Positions 63,937-64,000 of a stretch of DNA of 64,000 nucleotides are shown one piece after another. The notes under the pieces are model-generated. The model was given only the letters and a program-made list of their open reading frames with translations, had not been told where the DNA came from and made no database searches. The translations under genes were made by a program, and so were the position numbers. The DNA comes from an uncultured bacterium (GTDB lineage: Bacteria > Acidobacteriota > HRBIN11 > JAKEFK01). The DNA lies in contig CAVZQN010000004.1 of assembly GCA_963777505.1 (NCBI GenBank), positions 1,824,001 through 1,888,000 of the forward strand. The letters are read 5' to 3'. The first letter of the stretch is position 1. Each line of letters starts with the position of its first letter.

Positions 63937-64000
63937 ATTTCGTAATCATAGCTGCGGGCGGAAAAGGGGTGCGCTTTCAGGGTGATATTCCCAAACAGCT
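63933..64000 (+). CDS. ispD: 2-C-methyl-D-erythritol 4-phosphate cytidylyltransferase, partial 5' end
   Basis: MNFVIIAAGGKGVRFQGDIPKQ, matching A.G.G.R.....PKQ; ATGA overlap. Confidence 0.7.
   Translation, partial: MNFVIIAAGGKGVRFQGDIPKQ

Overview
Bacterial chromosomal window, most likely Acidobacteriota-like. Markers are the PadR + duplicated orphan permease pair, two acidobacterial-type VWA proteins, a kinase-PD40 protein and DUF4388 proteins. About nine genes are split by single-base frameshifts that look like uncorrected long-read errors. Housekeeping blocks include HU, miaA-hfq, aminotransferase-serA, hrcA-grpE-dnaK-dnaJ-rsmE-galU, yggS-yggT-divIVA-yggU-hutI, tmk-holB and the start of ispD. 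An accessory secretome block (7-25 kb) encodes two giant secreted proteins sharing a ~165-aa C-terminal domain, an HQxxH pseudo-metalloprotease, a matrixin and a secreted peptide with Asn at almost every second residue. A RAYT-type transposase lies between perfect 42-bp inverted palindromes and is fused in frame to a methyltransferase. Several REP and short-tandem-repeat hairpin families occupy the intergenic spaces. The 55.7-62.6 kb region holds orphan low-complexity proteins with sigma54 or sigma28-like promoters and a shared upstream operator, plus a cassette bounded by a 38-bp direct repeat. No rRNA, tRNA or CRISPR array was seen. All calls come from reading the sequence by eye, with no database searches.
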